From the IMG/VR virus record IMGVR_UViG_3300013121_000005, positions 32,001 to 96,000 of that record: 64,000 bases of DNA; one strand, 5' to 3'. Position numbers and translations under genes: made by a program. The DNA is from a virus (lineage: Duplodnaviria > Caudoviricetes). Shown here piece by piece: positions 16,704 to 28,158 of the stretch. Numbering within the stretch: the stretch's first letter is position 1; each line of letters begins with the position of its first letter. The notes under the pieces are model-generated. The model was given only the letters and a program-made list of their open reading frames with translations. It was not told the DNA's origin and did no database searches.

Positions 16704-16712
16704 GGGTCTCCC

Positions 16713-17696
16713 ATGGCTTTTCGCTTTGCTACGCCAATCGTCGTGTCTTTTGGAGAGGAAACTTTCTTCCTAGACCGGGATTTCAATCAGTTTTGTGCCC
16801 AGCCTCAGTATACGGTTGTGACTCTGGATGGGTCTGACTTGTCGGACGGGGAGTTGATCTCTACCTGCTCTACATTTTCAGTAGATTTGGATGACCCTTC
16901 CAGCACGAAGTCTCGTGTCGTTGTTGTGGACGATGCCCACAAACTCAAGGCTGGGAAAGAACTAAAGACATACCTAGAGCAGAAGCCATCAGACGAATAT
17001 GATTGCATCCTAGCTCTTGTCTTCAGGAGCGAGAAACTCCCTTCTTTCTGGTCTAAGTTGGGTAGTAAGGTAACGTTCCGGGAGCACAAGAAGCTCAAAA
17101 CTTGGGACAACAACAATGAGGTTGTCAGGTGGGTACAGGAGGAAGCGAAACGTTTGAAGCTTTCGCTGGATGCTAAAATGGCTTGGGGGATGTTTCAGCT
17201 TGCCGGGGATGACTTGTACCGGCTGGCTAGTGAGCTGCGAAAGTTAGTCCTGTTGGTTGGGCCTGGGGTTCCCATCACGATAGAGCACTTGAAGCTTGTG
17301 CTTTCCCCAGGTACGACTGCTGAACCTTGGACCGTGGCTGAGGCAGCTTTCGGGAAGAGCCCCCAGAAGGCCATTAACTTACTTTCTTTACTCTACCGTT
17401 ACTCTTCTGACGATCCTTCTATCCCTGTGATGGGTGCGATGATGCGTCAAGCGGAGAAGTTGTTGCTTGTAAGGTCCATGCTTGATCGGAATGCGTCTCA
17501 CGAGGAGATCGCAGGGCGTCTAGGCATGCACCCTTATAGGTTTAAGATGTCTCTTTTGCCGCAGGTTGGGAAACACACTCAACGTGAACTTGTTCGTGCT
17601 ATGCGAAATCTATGTAAATTGGATGTAGACCTGAAGAGTACCAGTCGCTCTCGGAGAACTCTCTTAGAGTTGGTGGTCATCGGCCTTGCAAGTTAG
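16713..17696 (+). CDS. holA: DNA polymerase III delta subunit
   Basis: [40 protein letters not shown]. Confidence 0.85.
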   Translation: MAFRFATPIVVSFGEETFFLDRDFNQFCAQPQYTVVTLDGSDLSDGELISTCSTFSVDLDDPSSTKSRVVVVDDAHKLKAGKELKTYLEQKPSDEYDCILALVFRSEKLPSFWSKLGSKVTFREHKKLKTWDNNNEVVRWVQEEAKRLKLSLDAKMAWGMFQLAGDDLYRLASELRKLVLLVGPGVPITIEHLKLVLSPGTTAEPWTVAEAAFGKSPQKAINLLSLLYRYSSDDPSIPVMGAMMRQAEKLLLVRSMLDRNASHEEIAGRLGMHPYRFKMSLLPQVGKHTQRELVRAMRNLCKLDVDLKSTSRSRRTLLELVVIGLAS

Positions 17697-17716
17697 GAAA
17701 GAGGAGTTGGGGTCCC

Positions 17717-20560
17717 ATGGAGAACGTCACGGTCGCAGCCATCCCTGAGAAAAAGAACGAGCCCGTTTTGATTGGGCGTCATTTCACGAAGGGGTCCCCT
17801 CCAGTGAAGTGGGAGCAACGCACTGCTAAAATCAAGGACCCTGATGGTTCGATCGTGTTTAGCATGGATAACGTAGAAGTGCCTTCGTTTTTCTCTCAGC
17901 TTGCAACTGACATCGCGGTTAGCAAGTACTTTCGGAAGGCAGGGATTAACGGGGATCCGAAGAAAGGTGAAACCTCATTTTCTCAGGTCGTCTTCCGTGT
18001 AGCTCATTCAATTCGGAGGGCTGGGGAGGAGCGTGGGTATTTTGAGAGTCTTGAGGAGGCAATTACTTTCGAGAGTGAGCTAACCTATATGCTCACTCAT
18101 CAAATCGGTGCGTTCAACTCTCCTGTATGGTTCAACTGTGGTCTTTGGCAGCAGTATGGGATTAAGGGGAATGGTGGGACGTGGGCGTACAATGAGGAGT
18201 ACGATGCAAGTTTGAACGGGCAGAACGAGAAGCCTGAGATCATGGAGATGTCCAACGCTTATGAGCGTCCTCAGTGTTCTGCGTGTTTCATTCAGGCCGT
18301 GGATGATGACCTGATGTCAATCTTTGACCTGGTGAAAAACGAAGCTCGTCTGTTCAAGTATGGTTCTGGTACGGGGTCGAACTTCTCGAATCTTCGCTCA
18401 AAGTATGAGAAGCTTTCTGGTGGTGGTCTCAGCTCCGGGCTTATGAGCTTCTTGGAGGTGTTTGATCGTGGGGCGGGTGCGACCAAATCCGGAGGGACTA
18501 CTCGGCGAGCAGCTAAGATGGTTTGCCTTGATATGGATCACCCGGAGATCGTGGACTTCATCGAGTGGAAGATGCGAGAGGAGAAGAAGGCAAAGGCTCT
18601 TATCGCGGCAGGGTGGCCTTCAGATTTCAACGGTGAGGCTTACCACACGGTGTCCGGACAGAACTCGAACAATTCAGTGCGAATTACAGATGAGTTCATG
18701 AAGGCTGTCGAGGCCAACGGGGATTGGCAGACGACTTCTCGTACGACAGGGGAGGTAATCCATACCTACAAGGCGAAGGCCATTTGGGACAAGATTGCGG
18801 AGGCTGCCTGGGCTTGTGCAGACCCTGGGGTTCAGTACGACACCACTATCAACGAATGGCACACGGTACCCAATACAGGTCGAATTCGTGCAAGTAACCC
18901 CTGTAGCGAGTACATGCACCTTGATGAGACTGCGTGTAATCTCGCTAGCTTGAACTTGATGAAGTTCTTGAGGGGGGATGGAACGTTTGACGTCGAGTCC
19001 TATCAGCATGCCATTCGTGTGTTTTTCGTGGCTCAGGATATCCTAGTCGACTTCTCGTCTTACCCAACAGCGAATATCGCTAAGAATAGCCACCGCTATC
19101 GTCCGTTGGGGTTGGGGTATGCCAATCTTGGTTCCTTGCTCATGGTCTCGGGGGTTCCTTACGACTCTGATAAGGGACGAGCAATTGCTGGGGCTTTGTC
19201 AGCGATTCTTACAGGGCATGCGTACCAGACCAGTGCGCAGATTGCTACCCGTAAGGGTCCGTTTGCTGGGTTTGCGAAGAATCGAGAGCCTATGCTTCGG
19301 GTGATGCGTAAGCATCAGCAGGCGGTAAGTGGGATTGATGCCCAATATTGCCCGGATCTTGTCAGAGCTGCGGAGCAGGACTGGGAAGAGGTGGTCCGGC
19401 TGGGGGAGCTGCATGGCTTCCGAAATGCCCAGGCTACGGTTATCGCACCCACGGGTACGATCGGTTTGCTGATGGACTGCGATACGACAGGGATTGAGCC
19501 CGATTTCTCGCTAGTTAAGTACAAAAAGTTGGCTGGTGGGGGGACAATGAAGATTCCCAACCAGTCTGTGGGTAAGGCGTTGGCTCGCTTTGGGTTTGGC
19601 CCTTCAGACGTCGCAAAGATTTTGGCTTATATTGAGGAGAATGAGACCATCGAGGGCTGTCCGCTCGTGACGGATGTGATGCTACCGGTCTTTGATTGTG
19701 CCAATCGGTGCGGTAAGACTGGGGTTCGGTTTTTGTCGCCTGCCAGCCATGTGCGGATGATGGCCGCAGTTCAGCCATTTGTCTCTGGGGCAATTTCTAA
19801 GACTGTGAACTTGCCCAATGAGGCGACGGTTGAGGAAATCCGAGACCTTTACTTTTTGAGTTGGAAGCTGGGGCTCAAAGCAGTTGCCTTGTACCGTGAT
19901 GGGTGCAAGTCTAGTCAGCCTCTTAGTGCTCAAGAAACTAAGGCTCCTGCAAAGAAAGAGGAGGCCAAGGCTTCATCAGTTGCTCGACCTTCTGGAGTTA
20001 GGGTTCGTTTGCCGAAGAAGCGTGGGGGTTTCACACAAGAGGCTTTGGTTGGGGGGCACAAAATCTTCCTCCGTACAGGGGAGTATGAGGATGGCTCTCT
20101 TGGTGAGATTTTCATTGATATGCACAAGGAAGGCGCCGCTTTCCGTAGTATCATGAATTGTCTCGCAATGGCAGTAAGCCTTGGGCTTCAATATGGAGTT
20201 CCCCTTAGCTCGTATGTGAGACAATTTGTCTTCACTCGGTTCGAGCCCGCAGGTCAAGTTGAAGGCCATGCGAACATCAGGATGGCCACTAGTGTTGTAG
20301 ATTACATTTTCCGAACTCTTGGGATTGAGTACCTGGATCGTCATGACCTTGCTCATGTCAAACCGATGGCAGCTTCGACAGCAGACCCAGGTGAGGTAAG
20401 TGCTTTGGGTTCTGTGGAGTCGGCCTCTCCTACTTCTAACCGGCACTATGCGGAGTTGATGGGCGATGCTCCTGCCTGTGATCAGTGTGGGCACATTACT
20501 GTTCGTAATGGTACTTGCTACAGGTGCCTAAATTGCGGTAACTCGATGGGTTGCTCGTGA
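17717..20560 (+). CDS. nrdJ: Class II (B12-dependent) ribonucleotide reductase with TSCPD domain and C-terminal Zn ribbon
   Basis: [40 protein letters not shown]. Confidence 0.96.
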   Translation: MENVTVAAIPEKKNEPVLIGRHFTKGSPPVKWEQRTAKIKDPDGSIVFSMDNVEVPSFFSQLATDIAVSKYFRKAGINGDPKKGETSFSQVVFRVAHSIRRAGEERGYFESLEEAITFESELTYMLTHQIGAFNSPVWFNCGLWQQYGIKGNGGTWAYNEEYDASLNGQNEKPEIMEMSNAYERPQCSACFIQAVDDDLMSIFDLVKNEARLFKYGSGTGSNFSNLRSKYEKLSGGGLSSGLMSFLEVFDRGAGATKSGGTTRRAAKMVCLDMDHPEIVDFIEWKMREEKKAKALIAAGWPSDFNGEAYHTVSGQNSNNSVRITDEFMKAVEANGDWQTTSRTTGEVIHTYKAKAIWDKIAEAAWACADPGVQYDTTINEWHTVPNTGRIRASNPCSEYMHLDETACNLASLNLMKFLRGDGTFDVESYQHAIRVFFVAQDILVDFSSYPTANIAKNSHRYRPLGLGYANLGSLLMVSGVPYDSDKGRAIAGALSAILTGHAYQTSAQIATRKGPFAGFAKNREPMLRVMRKHQQAVSGIDAQYCPDLVRAAEQDWEEVVRLGELHGFRNAQATVIAPTGTIGLLMDCDTTGIEPDFSLVKYKKLAGGGTMKIPNQSVGKALARFGFGPSDVAKILAYIEENETIEGCPLVTDVMLPVFDCANRCGKTGVRFLSPASHVRMMAAVQPFVSGAISKTVNLPNEATVEEIRDLYFLSWKLGLKAVALYRDGCKSSQPLSAQETKAPAKKEEAKASSVARPSGVRVRLPKKRGGFTQEALVGGHKIFLRTGEYEDGSLGEIFIDMHKEGAAFRSIMNCLAMAVSLGLQYGVPLSSYVRQFVFTRFEPAGQVEGHANIRMATSVVDYIFRTLGIEYLDRHDLAHVKPMAASTADPGEVSALGSVESASPTSNRHYAELMGDAPACDQCGHITVRNGTCYRCLNCGNSMGCS

Positions 20561-20586
20561 CTTAGACCCTAAGATAGTCAGTAGTA

Positions 20587-20623
20587 AAGGGAGCCCTTGT
20601 CTGGTGTAGACAAGGGCTCCCTT
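20587..20623. repeat. Perfect 16-bp inverted repeat
   Basis: AAGGGAGCCCTTGTCT-GGTGT-AGACAAGGGCTCCCTT. Confidence 0.9.
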
Positions 20624-20644
20624 GTGTTCTGAAAGGGGTTTGGT

Positions 20645-21496
20645 TTGCGTAAAGTCATTCTTGGGGACAATCTTACGGTCTTAGCTAGTTTGCCAAGTGG
20701 GTTTGCTTCGGTCATCTATATCGACCCGCCATTTAATACAGGGAGGATTCAGAAGCGGGATCGGATCAAGACGACCGTAACGGATGGTCCTGGCGATCGA
20801 GGCGGCTTTGGCGGCCGTCGCTACAACGTCGAGAAGGTAGACAGCAGCACCTACGAGGACTCGTTCGAGGACTTTGAGGGCTTCTTGATGCCCCGCATTG
20901 AAGCGGCCCTTCGGTGTCTCACCAAGACGGGCCAGTTGTTCGTTCACCTCGACTACCGAGAGGTCCATTACATCAAGGTGGCCCTCGACCGCATCCTCGG
21001 GCGAGACCGCTTCGTGAACGAGATCATTTGGGCCTACGACTACGGTGGTCGACCGAAGAACCGTTGGCCCGCGAAGCACGACACGATTCTTTGGTACGTC
21101 ATGGACCCGAGCGACTACGTGTTCGACTTCGACGCAATCGATCGGATCCCGTATATGGCGCCGACTCTTGTGGGGAAGGAGAAAGCGGAACAGGGGAAGA
21201 CCCCAACCGACGTTTGGTGGCATACGATCGTCCCGACCAACGGTAAAGAGAAAACGGGCTATCCGACGCAGAAGCCGTTTGGCGTGTTGAGCCGCCTTGT
21301 GAAGGTCCACTCTCGTCAGGGCGACGTAGTGTTGGATTTCTTCGCGGGAAGTGGCACTACGGGCGAGGCGGCTGCGAAGAATGATCGTGGTTTTGTCTTG
21401 GTTGACAGCAATCCGGAAGCGTTTGCGGTTATGTCAAAGAGATTAGCTCCATTTGACCCTGAGTTAGTAAGGTACGAGCTTGAGGTATTGGTGTAG
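20645..21496 (+). CDS. Orphan N6A/N4C DNA methyltransferase (beta class)
   Basis: IDPPF before YPTQKP and DFFAGSGTT. Confidence 0.93.
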   Translation: MRKVILGDNLTVLASLPSGFASVIYIDPPFNTGRIQKRDRIKTTVTDGPGDRGGFGGRRYNVEKVDSSTYEDSFEDFEGFLMPRIEAALRCLTKTGQLFVHLDYREVHYIKVALDRILGRDRFVNEIIWAYDYGGRPKNRWPAKHDTILWYVMDPSDYVFDFDAIDRIPYMAPTLVGKEKAEQGKTPTDVWWHTIVPTNGKEKTGYPTQKPFGVLSRLVKVHSRQGDVVLDFFAGSGTTGEAAAKNDRGFVLVDSNPEAFAVMSKRLAPFDPELVRYELEVLV

Positions 21497-21520
21497 GGGA
21501 TAGACCCCAGGAGGTTGTGT

Positions 21521-21853
21521 ATGTCGTCAGAGGTTAGTTTCACATTCCTAAATACGTACCTTGTTGAGGGGGTTGTGGAGTTAGACCCCATGGCAGATCG
21601 TATGACCATTAGGACGGTTGATCCCAATGGAAACCCTTTTAACTTTGACCTCCAAAAGGTTCTGAGGGCTCTTCATGGGCAGGAAGTCCGGGTAATAGTT
21701 GCCCCTTTGGTGGCAGTTAGAGAACTTGAGCAAATGGTTCAAGCCCAACAGGCTCAAGGGGAAAGCGTTGTTGTGGGGGAACCGCCCGCAGAAGGCGGTA
21801 AAATTGAATTGGCTGCCTCTTTGAAGGGAGGGAAAGGGGGTCTTACGTCATGA
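21521..21853 (+). CDS. Hypothetical protein
   Basis: AGGAGG RBS. Confidence 0.7.
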   Translation: MSSEVSFTFLNTYLVEGVVELDPMADRMTIRTVDPNGNPFNFDLQKVLRALHGQEVRVIVAPLVAVRELEQMVQAQQAQGESVVVGEPPAEGGKIELAASLKGGKGGLTS

Positions 21854-23745
21854 CGAATGAGGAGCGCCAAGTACGAATTTCAGAGTTGGAGAGTCGAATC
21901 TCAAAAGCTCGTGAAGCGTACTACAATGGATCCTCCCCGATCATGACAGATGCGGAGTACGACGCTCTTTCGGATGAGCTTTTTGAGCTAGATGCGATTA
22001 ACCAGATAGCCAAGTCTATAGGAGCCCCCCCTCCTGTATCTGAGTGGCAGAAGGTCCGCCACGAGCACCCCATGGGTTCCCTCGATAAGGTGAACACTAT
22101 GGAGGAGTTGACCAACTGGGTCAACTCCCGTTGCCCCAGGGAAGCCCTGTTTGTCACGGAGAAGCTCGATGGGATCTCTGTCCAGGTGAAGTACGTGGGC
22201 GGCAAGCTTGTTCAGGCGTTGACCCGAGGGGACGGAATCACGGGGGAGGACATCACCCAGAATGTCCTCAAGATGAAGGGGGTCCAGCCCCGGCTTTCCC
22301 AGAAGATTTCCGCGACTTTCCGAGGGGAGATCCTTCTTTTGCGAAGTGATCATCAAGCCTGGTTTAAGGAAGACTACGCCAACACTCGTAATGCAGCCGC
22401 AGGGATCACTAAGAGATATGATGGTCGGGGGTGTGAGCACTTGACTGTGATGTTCTACCAAGTGGTTGATGGGTTGAAGGTCGCAACTGAGGAAGAGCAG
22501 TTTAAGTTCTTGGAGGATCTTGGGTTCAATACCCCGAACCGGTACTTTTCTGGCATAGAGGTAAAGGCGTCTCATGCCCTTTGGGTCGATTACCAGCAGG
22601 GTAAACGAGATCGCCTTGATTATGACATCGACGGGCTTGTTGTCCGCATTAATGACCTCACAAAACAGGCGGCCCTCGGAGACAAGGACCTCCGACCGCT
22701 TGGTGCGGTGGCCTTCAAGTTTGCGGCAATCACTCGTGAGACTGTCGTCCGTCAGATCCTTCGTCAGACGGGTGGGACGGGTCGTATCACTCCGGTCGCT
22801 GTGTTCGACCCGGTGAGCCTTCTTGGGGCGAACGTCACCAACGCCAGCCTCTACAACTGGAAGTACATCCGGGAGTTGGGCTTGGACGTAGGGTCGCGGG
22901 TGCTAGTCGCCAGGGCCAACGATGTCATTCCTCGGGTAGTGAAGGTTACCTGGAGCACCGATACGATCAGTCAGCCCCCGGAGACCTGTGATGCTTGCGG
23001 GACGGCGGTTGCGCAGGATGGTGAGTTCCACGTCTGCCCGAACCGTGAGACGTGCCCTGCCCAGGTGACGGGCCGCATCTCCCAGTGGATCTCTTCGCTC
23101 AACATCTTGGAGTGGGGGGACACGCTGCTAGAGAAGCTCGTCACGACTGGCCTGGTCAAGTCGGTGCCAGACTTGTACCGCCTGACGACCGAGCAGCTTG
23201 AAGGCTTGGACCGTATGGGTCCGAAGCTGGCTGAAAAGCTCCTTGCCAACCTCCATGCTGAGAAGGTGCTCCCGATGGAGGTCCTCCTGGGATCCCTGTC
23301 GATCCCAGGCATCGCAGCCTCTTCCATCAAGATGGCCATGGATGCGGGGATCGACACGCCTGAGGCGTTGCGTTCGGCACCCCTTGAGGCGCTGGGGAAG
23401 ATCCCTGGGTTTGGTCCCGTCAAGGCTGAGGCCCTCTTCAACTGGCTTCGGTCCTACGGTCAGATCCTCGACGAGCTTGCGGGAGTAGGGGTTACGGTTA
23501 AAGAGAAGGTGAAGGGTAAGTTCAATGGGATGAGTTTTTGCTTCACTGGTACGATGCGTAACAAGCGTCCCGACTTGGAAGCGATGGTTCTGGGCAACGG
23601 GGGTGAAGTGAAGTCCTCCGTCACCAAGAAGCTCACCTATCTGGTCTTGGCTGATCATACGACAACGAAGGCTGCTACCGCTAAGAAGTACGGGACCAAG
23701 CTTTTGACGGAGGAGCAGTTCCTTGAGGCTGTGGGGCAAGGATGA
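21850..23745 (+). CDS. ligA: NAD-dependent DNA ligase
   Basis: EKLDG, TRGDG, DGLVV, Zn finger, HhH repeats, BRCT. Confidence 0.97.
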   Translation: MTNEERQVRISELESRISKAREAYYNGSSPIMTDAEYDALSDELFELDAINQIAKSIGAPPPVSEWQKVRHEHPMGSLDKVNTMEELTNWVNSRCPREALFVTEKLDGISVQVKYVGGKLVQALTRGDGITGEDITQNVLKMKGVQPRLSQKISATFRGEILLLRSDHQAWFKEDYANTRNAAAGITKRYDGRGCEHLTVMFYQVVDGLKVATEEEQFKFLEDLGFNTPNRYFSGIEVKASHALWVDYQQGKRDRLDYDIDGLVVRINDLTKQAALGDKDLRPLGAVAFKFAAITRETVVRQILRQTGGTGRITPVAVFDPVSLLGANVTNASLYNWKYIRELGLDVGSRVLVARANDVIPRVVKVTWSTDTISQPPETCDACGTAVAQDGEFHVCPNRETCPAQVTGRISQWISSLNILEWGDTLLEKLVTTGLVKSVPDLYRLTTEQLEGLDRMGPKLAEKLLANLHAEKVLPMEVLLGSLSIPGIAASSIKMAMDAGIDTPEALRSAPLEALGKIPGFGPVKAEALFNWLRSYGQILDELAGVGVTVKEKVKGKFNGMSFCFTGTMRNKRPDLEAMVLGNGGEVKSSVTKKLTYLVLADHTTTKAATAKKYGTKLLTEEQFLEAVGQG

Positions 23746-23924
23746 ACCCTAAGAGTTTTGCCGCATGGCTTTTTTGGACGGGGTTTCCTATAGTTGTCGC
23801 TATACTTGGAGTCCTCTGGCTGGCTCATGACATCGCGGACCTTCGACGACAGAAGTTGGAACTAGAGGTGGAACTCAAAAGGGTAAGATCGTCGTGTCCG
23901 TGTGCCCTCGAAATGGGTAAGTGA
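23742..23924 (+). CDS. Small membrane protein (TM plus coiled coil)
   Basis: N-terminal hydrophobic helix; coupled to neighbours. Confidence 0.55.
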   Translation: MNPKSFAAWLFWTGFPIVVAILGVLWLAHDIADLRRQKLELEVELKRVRSSCPCALEMGK

Positions 23925-23926
23925 TA

Positions 23927-26122
23927 ATGGAATCCCTTACGGGCAGAGTGCGGTCTGTCATTCATAAGTCTGATGATTTTTACATCTTCTCTGTTGAGCC
24001 TTCTGAGGTTGGCTACGACCGAAAAGTGGTCTGTAAGGGACGCCTTTTTGGGATCCAGGGGATTGCTCCTGGGGTGCCCCTAGAGTTGTTTGGGGAGTGG
24101 ACTTATCACCCGAAGTTTGGTAGGCAGTTTGACTTACACGGGTGGGGGGTTTGGGCTAACTCTGAGTCGGGGGTGGAATCCTTTTTGCGGGTTTGCCTCG
24201 GGCTTGAGGAATCCTTGGTCCTTGCTCTGGTCGATGCTTTCAGTCTGAACGTGTTTCAGGTTCTCAATGAGGAACCTGAGCGGCTGAAGACGGTTCCTGG
24301 GTTTGACGAGGGAATCATTGAGTCTTTTAGAGACCTATGGGTTCTTGCTCAGATTAGTGCCGAGCTTTCCAAGTTTCTTGCCGACCACGACGTGACGGCG
24401 GCGCAGATGAAGGCGCTCTACGACACGTTCAAGTCGGATTCCAAACGTATCCTCCTGGAGAATCCCTACCGACTCCTGGAGGTCGAGGGGTTCCACTTCG
24501 TCAAGGTTGATGAAATTGCAGAGGGTAGGGGAGTTCCTAGGTCTGATCCCCGGAGGTTTGAAGGGGCGGTTCTTTGGGTTTTGAGGGAGGCTGCTTCGGC
24601 TGGACACCTTTGTGTTCGTCGGGGTGGGATCTCTACTCAGCTTGAAAGTCTTAGCAAGAAGGCATCTGAGGTTCATGCCTTCGAGGCAGATGACCTTGTT
24701 AAGGAGCTGAACCAGGCAGTTGATAGGTTGAGTCAGAGAGGCGTTGTCAAGATTGACCCTGATGTAGGGGTTTACCTAAGTTCTCACTTTCGGCATGAGA
24801 GGGAAGCCGCAGAGTACCTTGCCCGGCTCATAACCCCTCTTCAGCTTGATGTGGAGGTTGGGGAGTTTATCGCTTCTTACGAGACCCTCAACCAAATCAA
24901 GCTATCTGTCGACCAAAAGCAAGCTATTGTAATGTTGGCTCACAGTAGGGTCCTTGTCTTGACTGGGTTACCTGGGACAGGGAAAACTACAGTTATCAGG
25001 GCAGTGGTCAGCTTCTTTGAGCAAGCTGGAATTTCATTTGTGTTGATGGCCCCAACTGGAATAGCTTCTAAACGACTGTCGGCTGTGACGGGTCACCCCG
25101 CAGCTACGATCCATCGTACATTTAGGTATGATGGTAAAACCTGGGGGTACGATCGTCATAACAAGTACCCAGTTGGGGCGGTTATTGTCGATGAGATGTC
25201 GATGGTGGACCAGGAGCTTTTCTATCGGATTCTCGACTCTTTGGAGGAGGGGACGATTCTTGTCTTGGTTGGGGATGATGCTCAATTGCCTTCTGTTGGT
25301 CCTGGTAATGTCCTGAGGGAGTTGATCAGGTGTGAGTCGGTTCCCACGATTCGTCTGACCCAAATTTTTCGTCAGGCTGAACAAAGTGACATCATCCTGA
25401 ACTCCCATCGGATTAATAGAGGGGAGTCGATTGGGACAGAGGGCAAGCTTTCTGACTCTGACTTCCGATTTGTTCCGATTGCAGACGAGGATGTAATTGC
25501 GAATCTAATCGTGCAGATGGCCCATAAGCTTAAGGCTAGGGACGCCAACTTCCAGGTGCTTTCACCGAAATACGATGGTGCTGTTGGGGTCAGTAACCTT
25601 AATGACCGATTGAGGGAGATGCTTAACCCCCCAATGGATACGAAAAAGGAGTGCGCTGTAGGGCCTTTTAGATTTCGGGAGGGGGATCGTGTGATGGTCG
25701 TGAAGAACGACTACGAATTAGGGATCTACAACGGGGATATGGGGAAGCTTATGTCGATAGCCTCAGATCACTTCATGGTTCGGGTCCATGGGGCTGGGGA
25801 AGACGGGCTTGACTTGTATGTCAAGATTCCTCGCAAGGAAGTCGTTCAGAAGCTTCGGTTGGCCTACGCCATTACCGTCCATAAGTCTCAGGGCTCTGAA
25901 TTCGATACGGTTATCTTGCCTATGGTCAAGTCCCAGGGGCGTATGCTCCAGCGTAATTTGTTCTACACGGCAGTTACCAGAGCCAAGAAGCAGGTTTTCC
26001 TTCTTGGGGAACGCAGTGCGGTTTCTTGTGCTATTGCTAATGACCTGGTAGTGCAGAGAAGTACTGGGTTTGAACGGGCGGTTCGTTTGGCGGTTCGTCG
26101 TCAATTGGATGGGAGTAAGTGA
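23927..26122 (+). CDS. recD2: RecD2-like SF1B helicase
   Basis: GLPGTGKTT, DEMSM, QLPSVGPG, YAITVHKSQGSE, YTAVTRA. Confidence 0.95.
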   Translation: MESLTGRVRSVIHKSDDFYIFSVEPSEVGYDRKVVCKGRLFGIQGIAPGVPLELFGEWTYHPKFGRQFDLHGWGVWANSESGVESFLRVCLGLEESLVLALVDAFSLNVFQVLNEEPERLKTVPGFDEGIIESFRDLWVLAQISAELSKFLADHDVTAAQMKALYDTFKSDSKRILLENPYRLLEVEGFHFVKVDEIAEGRGVPRSDPRRFEGAVLWVLREAASAGHLCVRRGGISTQLESLSKKASEVHAFEADDLVKELNQAVDRLSQRGVVKIDPDVGVYLSSHFRHEREAAEYLARLITPLQLDVEVGEFIASYETLNQIKLSVDQKQAIVMLAHSRVLVLTGLPGTGKTTVIRAVVSFFEQAGISFVLMAPTGIASKRLSAVTGHPAATIHRTFRYDGKTWGYDRHNKYPVGAVIVDEMSMVDQELFYRILDSLEEGTILVLVGDDAQLPSVGPGNVLRELIRCESVPTIRLTQIFRQAEQSDIILNSHRINRGESIGTEGKLSDSDFRFVPIADEDVIANLIVQMAHKLKARDANFQVLSPKYDGAVGVSNLNDRLREMLNPPMDTKKECAVGPFRFREGDRVMVVKNDYELGIYNGDMGKLMSIASDHFMVRVHGAGEDGLDLYVKIPRKEVVQKLRLAYAITVHKSQGSEFDTVILPMVKSQGRMLQRNLFYTAVTRAKKQVFLLGERSAVSCAIANDLVVQRSTGFERAVRLAVRRQLDGSK

Positions 26123-26123
26123 T

Positions 26124-27050
26124 ATGGAACCTTCTTGGGTTGAGCGGGTTTACGATGAAATCCTTACTATGGGGATTGAGCTTGATCCTGACCCTACCAT
26201 CCTAGGCCCTCGTTACCTTAATGAGGTTTTGTCAAGGTGCCGTAATTACCTGAACCGTGTGACTTTCATTCTCCTGGAGCTTCAGCGGGAGAAGAGGACG
26301 CTCACTAGAGCGTTGGCGGGGGAGGAAACATCCTACAAGATGGAGTTTGACCAGATTCTTGCTGAGAATGAGTCCATCAAGCGGCTCCCGAACATTAAGG
26401 ACCGAGAGTCTTCAGCGAATGTGCTTCTTGCAGGTCGAAGGAGGGCTATTGCGGACTTTGAGTTGCAGATTCTTGACCTTGAAATGGTTGAGAAAACTGT
26501 GAAGTTCCGGCATCAGGAGTTGGTTCGCACAAGTGAGAACATTCGGGTTCAACGTTCTCTTCTTACTGCGGACCGAGTAACCGGAGCTGGGTATGGGGAT
26601 GAGTTTGATGGTAATAGGGACGCTAAGGGGCGGAATCTTCCTTCGGGAGACTCCATTGATGAAGAGGAATTGGACCGTATTTTGAATGGGGCTCAGGAGG
26701 AGGGGGGAGGAGCAGCCCCATCTCCCCCATCTCCCCCACCTCCCCCATCTCCCCCACCTCCCCCTGAAGCAGCCCCACCTCCCCCTGAAGCAGCCCCACC
26801 TCCCCCTGAAGCAGCCCCACCTCCCCCTGAAGTCCTTCCGTCTCTTCCTCTTGAGGAAGATGTCGCTAACTTTCTCTCTAGTGTTGGGCCAGAAGGTCCA
26901 CCTGCACCCGTGAAGTCTAGCAGCAATAAGGGTCGTTCTGAGACCCCTACCCCTGCAAAGCCTAGTAGTAGCGCTGGGGTTGTAAAGCCTAGTGGTAGTC
27001 TTGGAGGTGACGAGGACTTTGATTTTTCTGACTTATTGAGTAATCTGTGA
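26124..27050 (+). CDS. Coiled-coil protein with Pro-rich linker and acidic tail, possibly UvsY-like mediator
   Basis: Long helical N-terminus; adjacent to SSB-like, RuvC and RecA genes. Confidence 0.5.
   Translation: MEPSWVERVYDEILTMGIELDPDPTILGPRYLNEVLSRCRNYLNRVTFILLELQREKRTLTRALAGEETSYKMEFDQILAENESIKRLPNIKDRESSANVLLAGRRRAIADFELQILDLEMVEKTVKFRHQELVRTSENIRVQRSLLTADRVTGAGYGDEFDGNRDAKGRNLPSGDSIDEEELDRILNGAQEEGGGAAPSPPSPPPPPSPPPPPEAAPPPPEAAPPPPEAAPPPPEVLPSLPLEEDVANFLSSVGPEGPPAPVKSSSNKGRSETPTPAKPSSSAGVVKPSGSLGGDEDFDFSDLLSNL
26709..26831 (+). repeat. Pro-coding tandem repeats (21-nt unit CCCCCTGAAGCAGCCCCACCT)
   Basis: Direct inspection. Confidence 0.9.
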
Positions 27051-27078
27051 TTGAGTTTTTTGGGATTCGGGGTATACT
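27051..27078 (+). promoter_or_regulatory. Sigma70-like promoter
   Basis: TTGAGT-16 bp-TATACT. Confidence 0.5.
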
Positions 27079-27219
27079 GTATTTGCGGTGGCGTCACATG
27101 ACCATGCCCGGGGAAACCCATGGCCCTGTCCAGTGACGCCCCGCACTTCCCCAAACCAGCCTGTTCCCGGCAATACCCAATTGGAGCTATCCGGGCGGCA
27201 TGTTCAGGAGTAATCATAA

Positions 27220-28086
27220 ATGAGTGACGAAATCTTCGATATCGATCCGAACGAGAACATTGGTCTTGGTGACGAGGACAAGGGCAAGGTTAATAGTAAC
27301 CAGACCGAGTGGTATAAGGGAGAGAAGGGCCGTACCGACCGCGTGGCCCTCGTCTACTTCAACTCCATCGACATGGCCCAGCTCATGAAGGCTTTGCGGG
27401 CCAAGCCAGACCTCAGCGATGCTCAGAAAAAGGAGTTGGTCGAGAAGGTCCGGGCAGCGCTGGCCCAAAAGCTCGGTAAGGCCCCTGACCAACTCGATCA
27501 AGTCGATCTTCTTGATTTGAGCGAAGCCCGTTTTAAGCCGTGTTCAGGCTACTACAAGCAGGGGGTTGGGTACGTTAGTCACCCCAAAGGGCCTCTCGCT
27601 CCGGAAGAGGCCAAGGTCTGGGCAAAGCTCGGTGAGAAGAAGGACTACGTGACGACCCTTCTTCTGATCTACCCCACAGATCGCGACGGGGAGGTCGACA
27701 AGGATGCTCTCGGTCGCAAGTGGCAGATCAAGCCCTGGCGCATGTCGCCGGATAAGTACGAAGTGTTCCGGAAGATCAACCGGGGTCTTTTGGAGGGCGG
27801 GTCTACCATTTCGGCTACGGACCTTCATTTGTCGTGTTCTGACACCCAGTACCAGAAGATCACGATCACCCAGGCAGGGCCTGCGATCTACTTGCGTAAC
27901 GAGGCGTTCAGGCGCCAAATTCTTGCTAAGGCCGTGACCTACTACAAGAAGTTGAACCCGTTCCGGGACATGACCACGGACGACCTTCGTGAGAAGCTTG
28001 GCTTGGCTCCTACTGCCGGTGCTTCCGTTTCGGTGGGTTCTGACTTCTCTACGGAAGACCTTACGAACCTCCTAGGCAACGTCTGA
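27220..28086 (+). CDS. Probable single-stranded DNA-binding protein (gp32-like role)
   Basis: Strong RBS and codon bias, flexible acidic C-tail, position in recombination cluster. Confidence 0.5.
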   Translation: MSDEIFDIDPNENIGLGDEDKGKVNSNQTEWYKGEKGRTDRVALVYFNSIDMAQLMKALRAKPDLSDAQKKELVEKVRAALAQKLGKAPDQLDQVDLLDLSEARFKPCSGYYKQGVGYVSHPKGPLAPEEAKVWAKLGEKKDYVTTLLLIYPTDRDGEVDKDALGRKWQIKPWRMSPDKYEVFRKINRGLLEGGSTISATDLHLSCSDTQYQKITITQAGPAIYLRNEAFRRQILAKAVTYYKKLNPFRDMTTDDLREKLGLAPTAGASVSVGSDFSTEDLTNLLGNV

Positions 28087-28158
28087 CTGGGGGCTTGAGG
28101 GTTGAAGGGGGCTGGGTGGGCATTCTAGCCCTGCCCCCTTCTCCCTTGGGAAGGCGCC

